Origin: Phoronis australis
Taxonomy: Eukaryota > Animalia > Phoronida
Assembly: GCA_002633005.1 (NCBI GenBank)
Contig: NMRA01000013.1
Span: 508,347-572,346 of the forward strand
DNA: 64,000 bases
Reading direction: 5' to 3'
Positions 63,807 through 64,000 of the stretch are shown here, in pieces. A program made the translations under genes and the position numbers. The notes beneath the pieces were generated by a model. The model was not told the origin of the DNA, searched no databases, and saw only the letters and a program-made list of their open reading frames with translations. The stretch's first letter is position 1. Every line of letters starts with the position of its first letter.

Positions 63807-63960
63807 TACCGTAATCGTTTGGGTTAACGCCCTGGGCGCCTAAATTGGCGAATCCAAAAAATCGGGGGAGGGCGGTTAACCGAGCAGTGGGTGGTTAAAT
63901 CGAAAATCCACCTAAAGTAGGGGATGGGCAGTTAACCGAACATGGGCGCTTATTACGACA
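63807..63960 (+). mobile_element. Partial pogo-type MITE (taccgtaa...gggcgcttattacg)
   Basis: TA+CCGTA start and repeated ggttaaccga/tgggcg motifs, similar to 43560-43645. Confidence 0.45.
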
Positions 63961-64000
63961 GACAACCGCCCTGGCCGGTTAATCTTACCTGGTGATCTAA

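Overview
AT-rich, repeat-rich eukaryotic DNA from an invertebrate animal (deuterostome-like, by inference), with one 256-N assembly gap at 42568-42823. The main feature is the 3' part of a minus-strand stabilin-like (FAS1/EGF) scavenger receptor gene. I reconstructed 19 GT-AG coding exons by hand from 49883 down to the stop at 24119, about 1034 aa: EGF-FAS1-FAS1-lamEGF-EGFx7-FAS1-TM-tail with FDNPLY. It has no Link module, has a 27-nt stalk microexon, and one expected FAS1 exon is missing, probably in the gap. A second, unidentified minus-strand gene at about 4.1-8.5 kb is built from four paralogous phase-1 exons with the motif (E/D)Y[RK]H...FLQ[TA]K. The rest is transposon debris: a decayed hAT transposase, a 5'-truncated LINE with a 9-bp TSD, Helentron/HINE-like elements carrying CTCF-like motifs, a HIRAN-like relic, MITEs, a tRNA-SINE relic, two P/Galileo-type excision footprints, a perfect 108-bp palindrome and minisatellites. 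All calls come from manual reading; no database searches were run.
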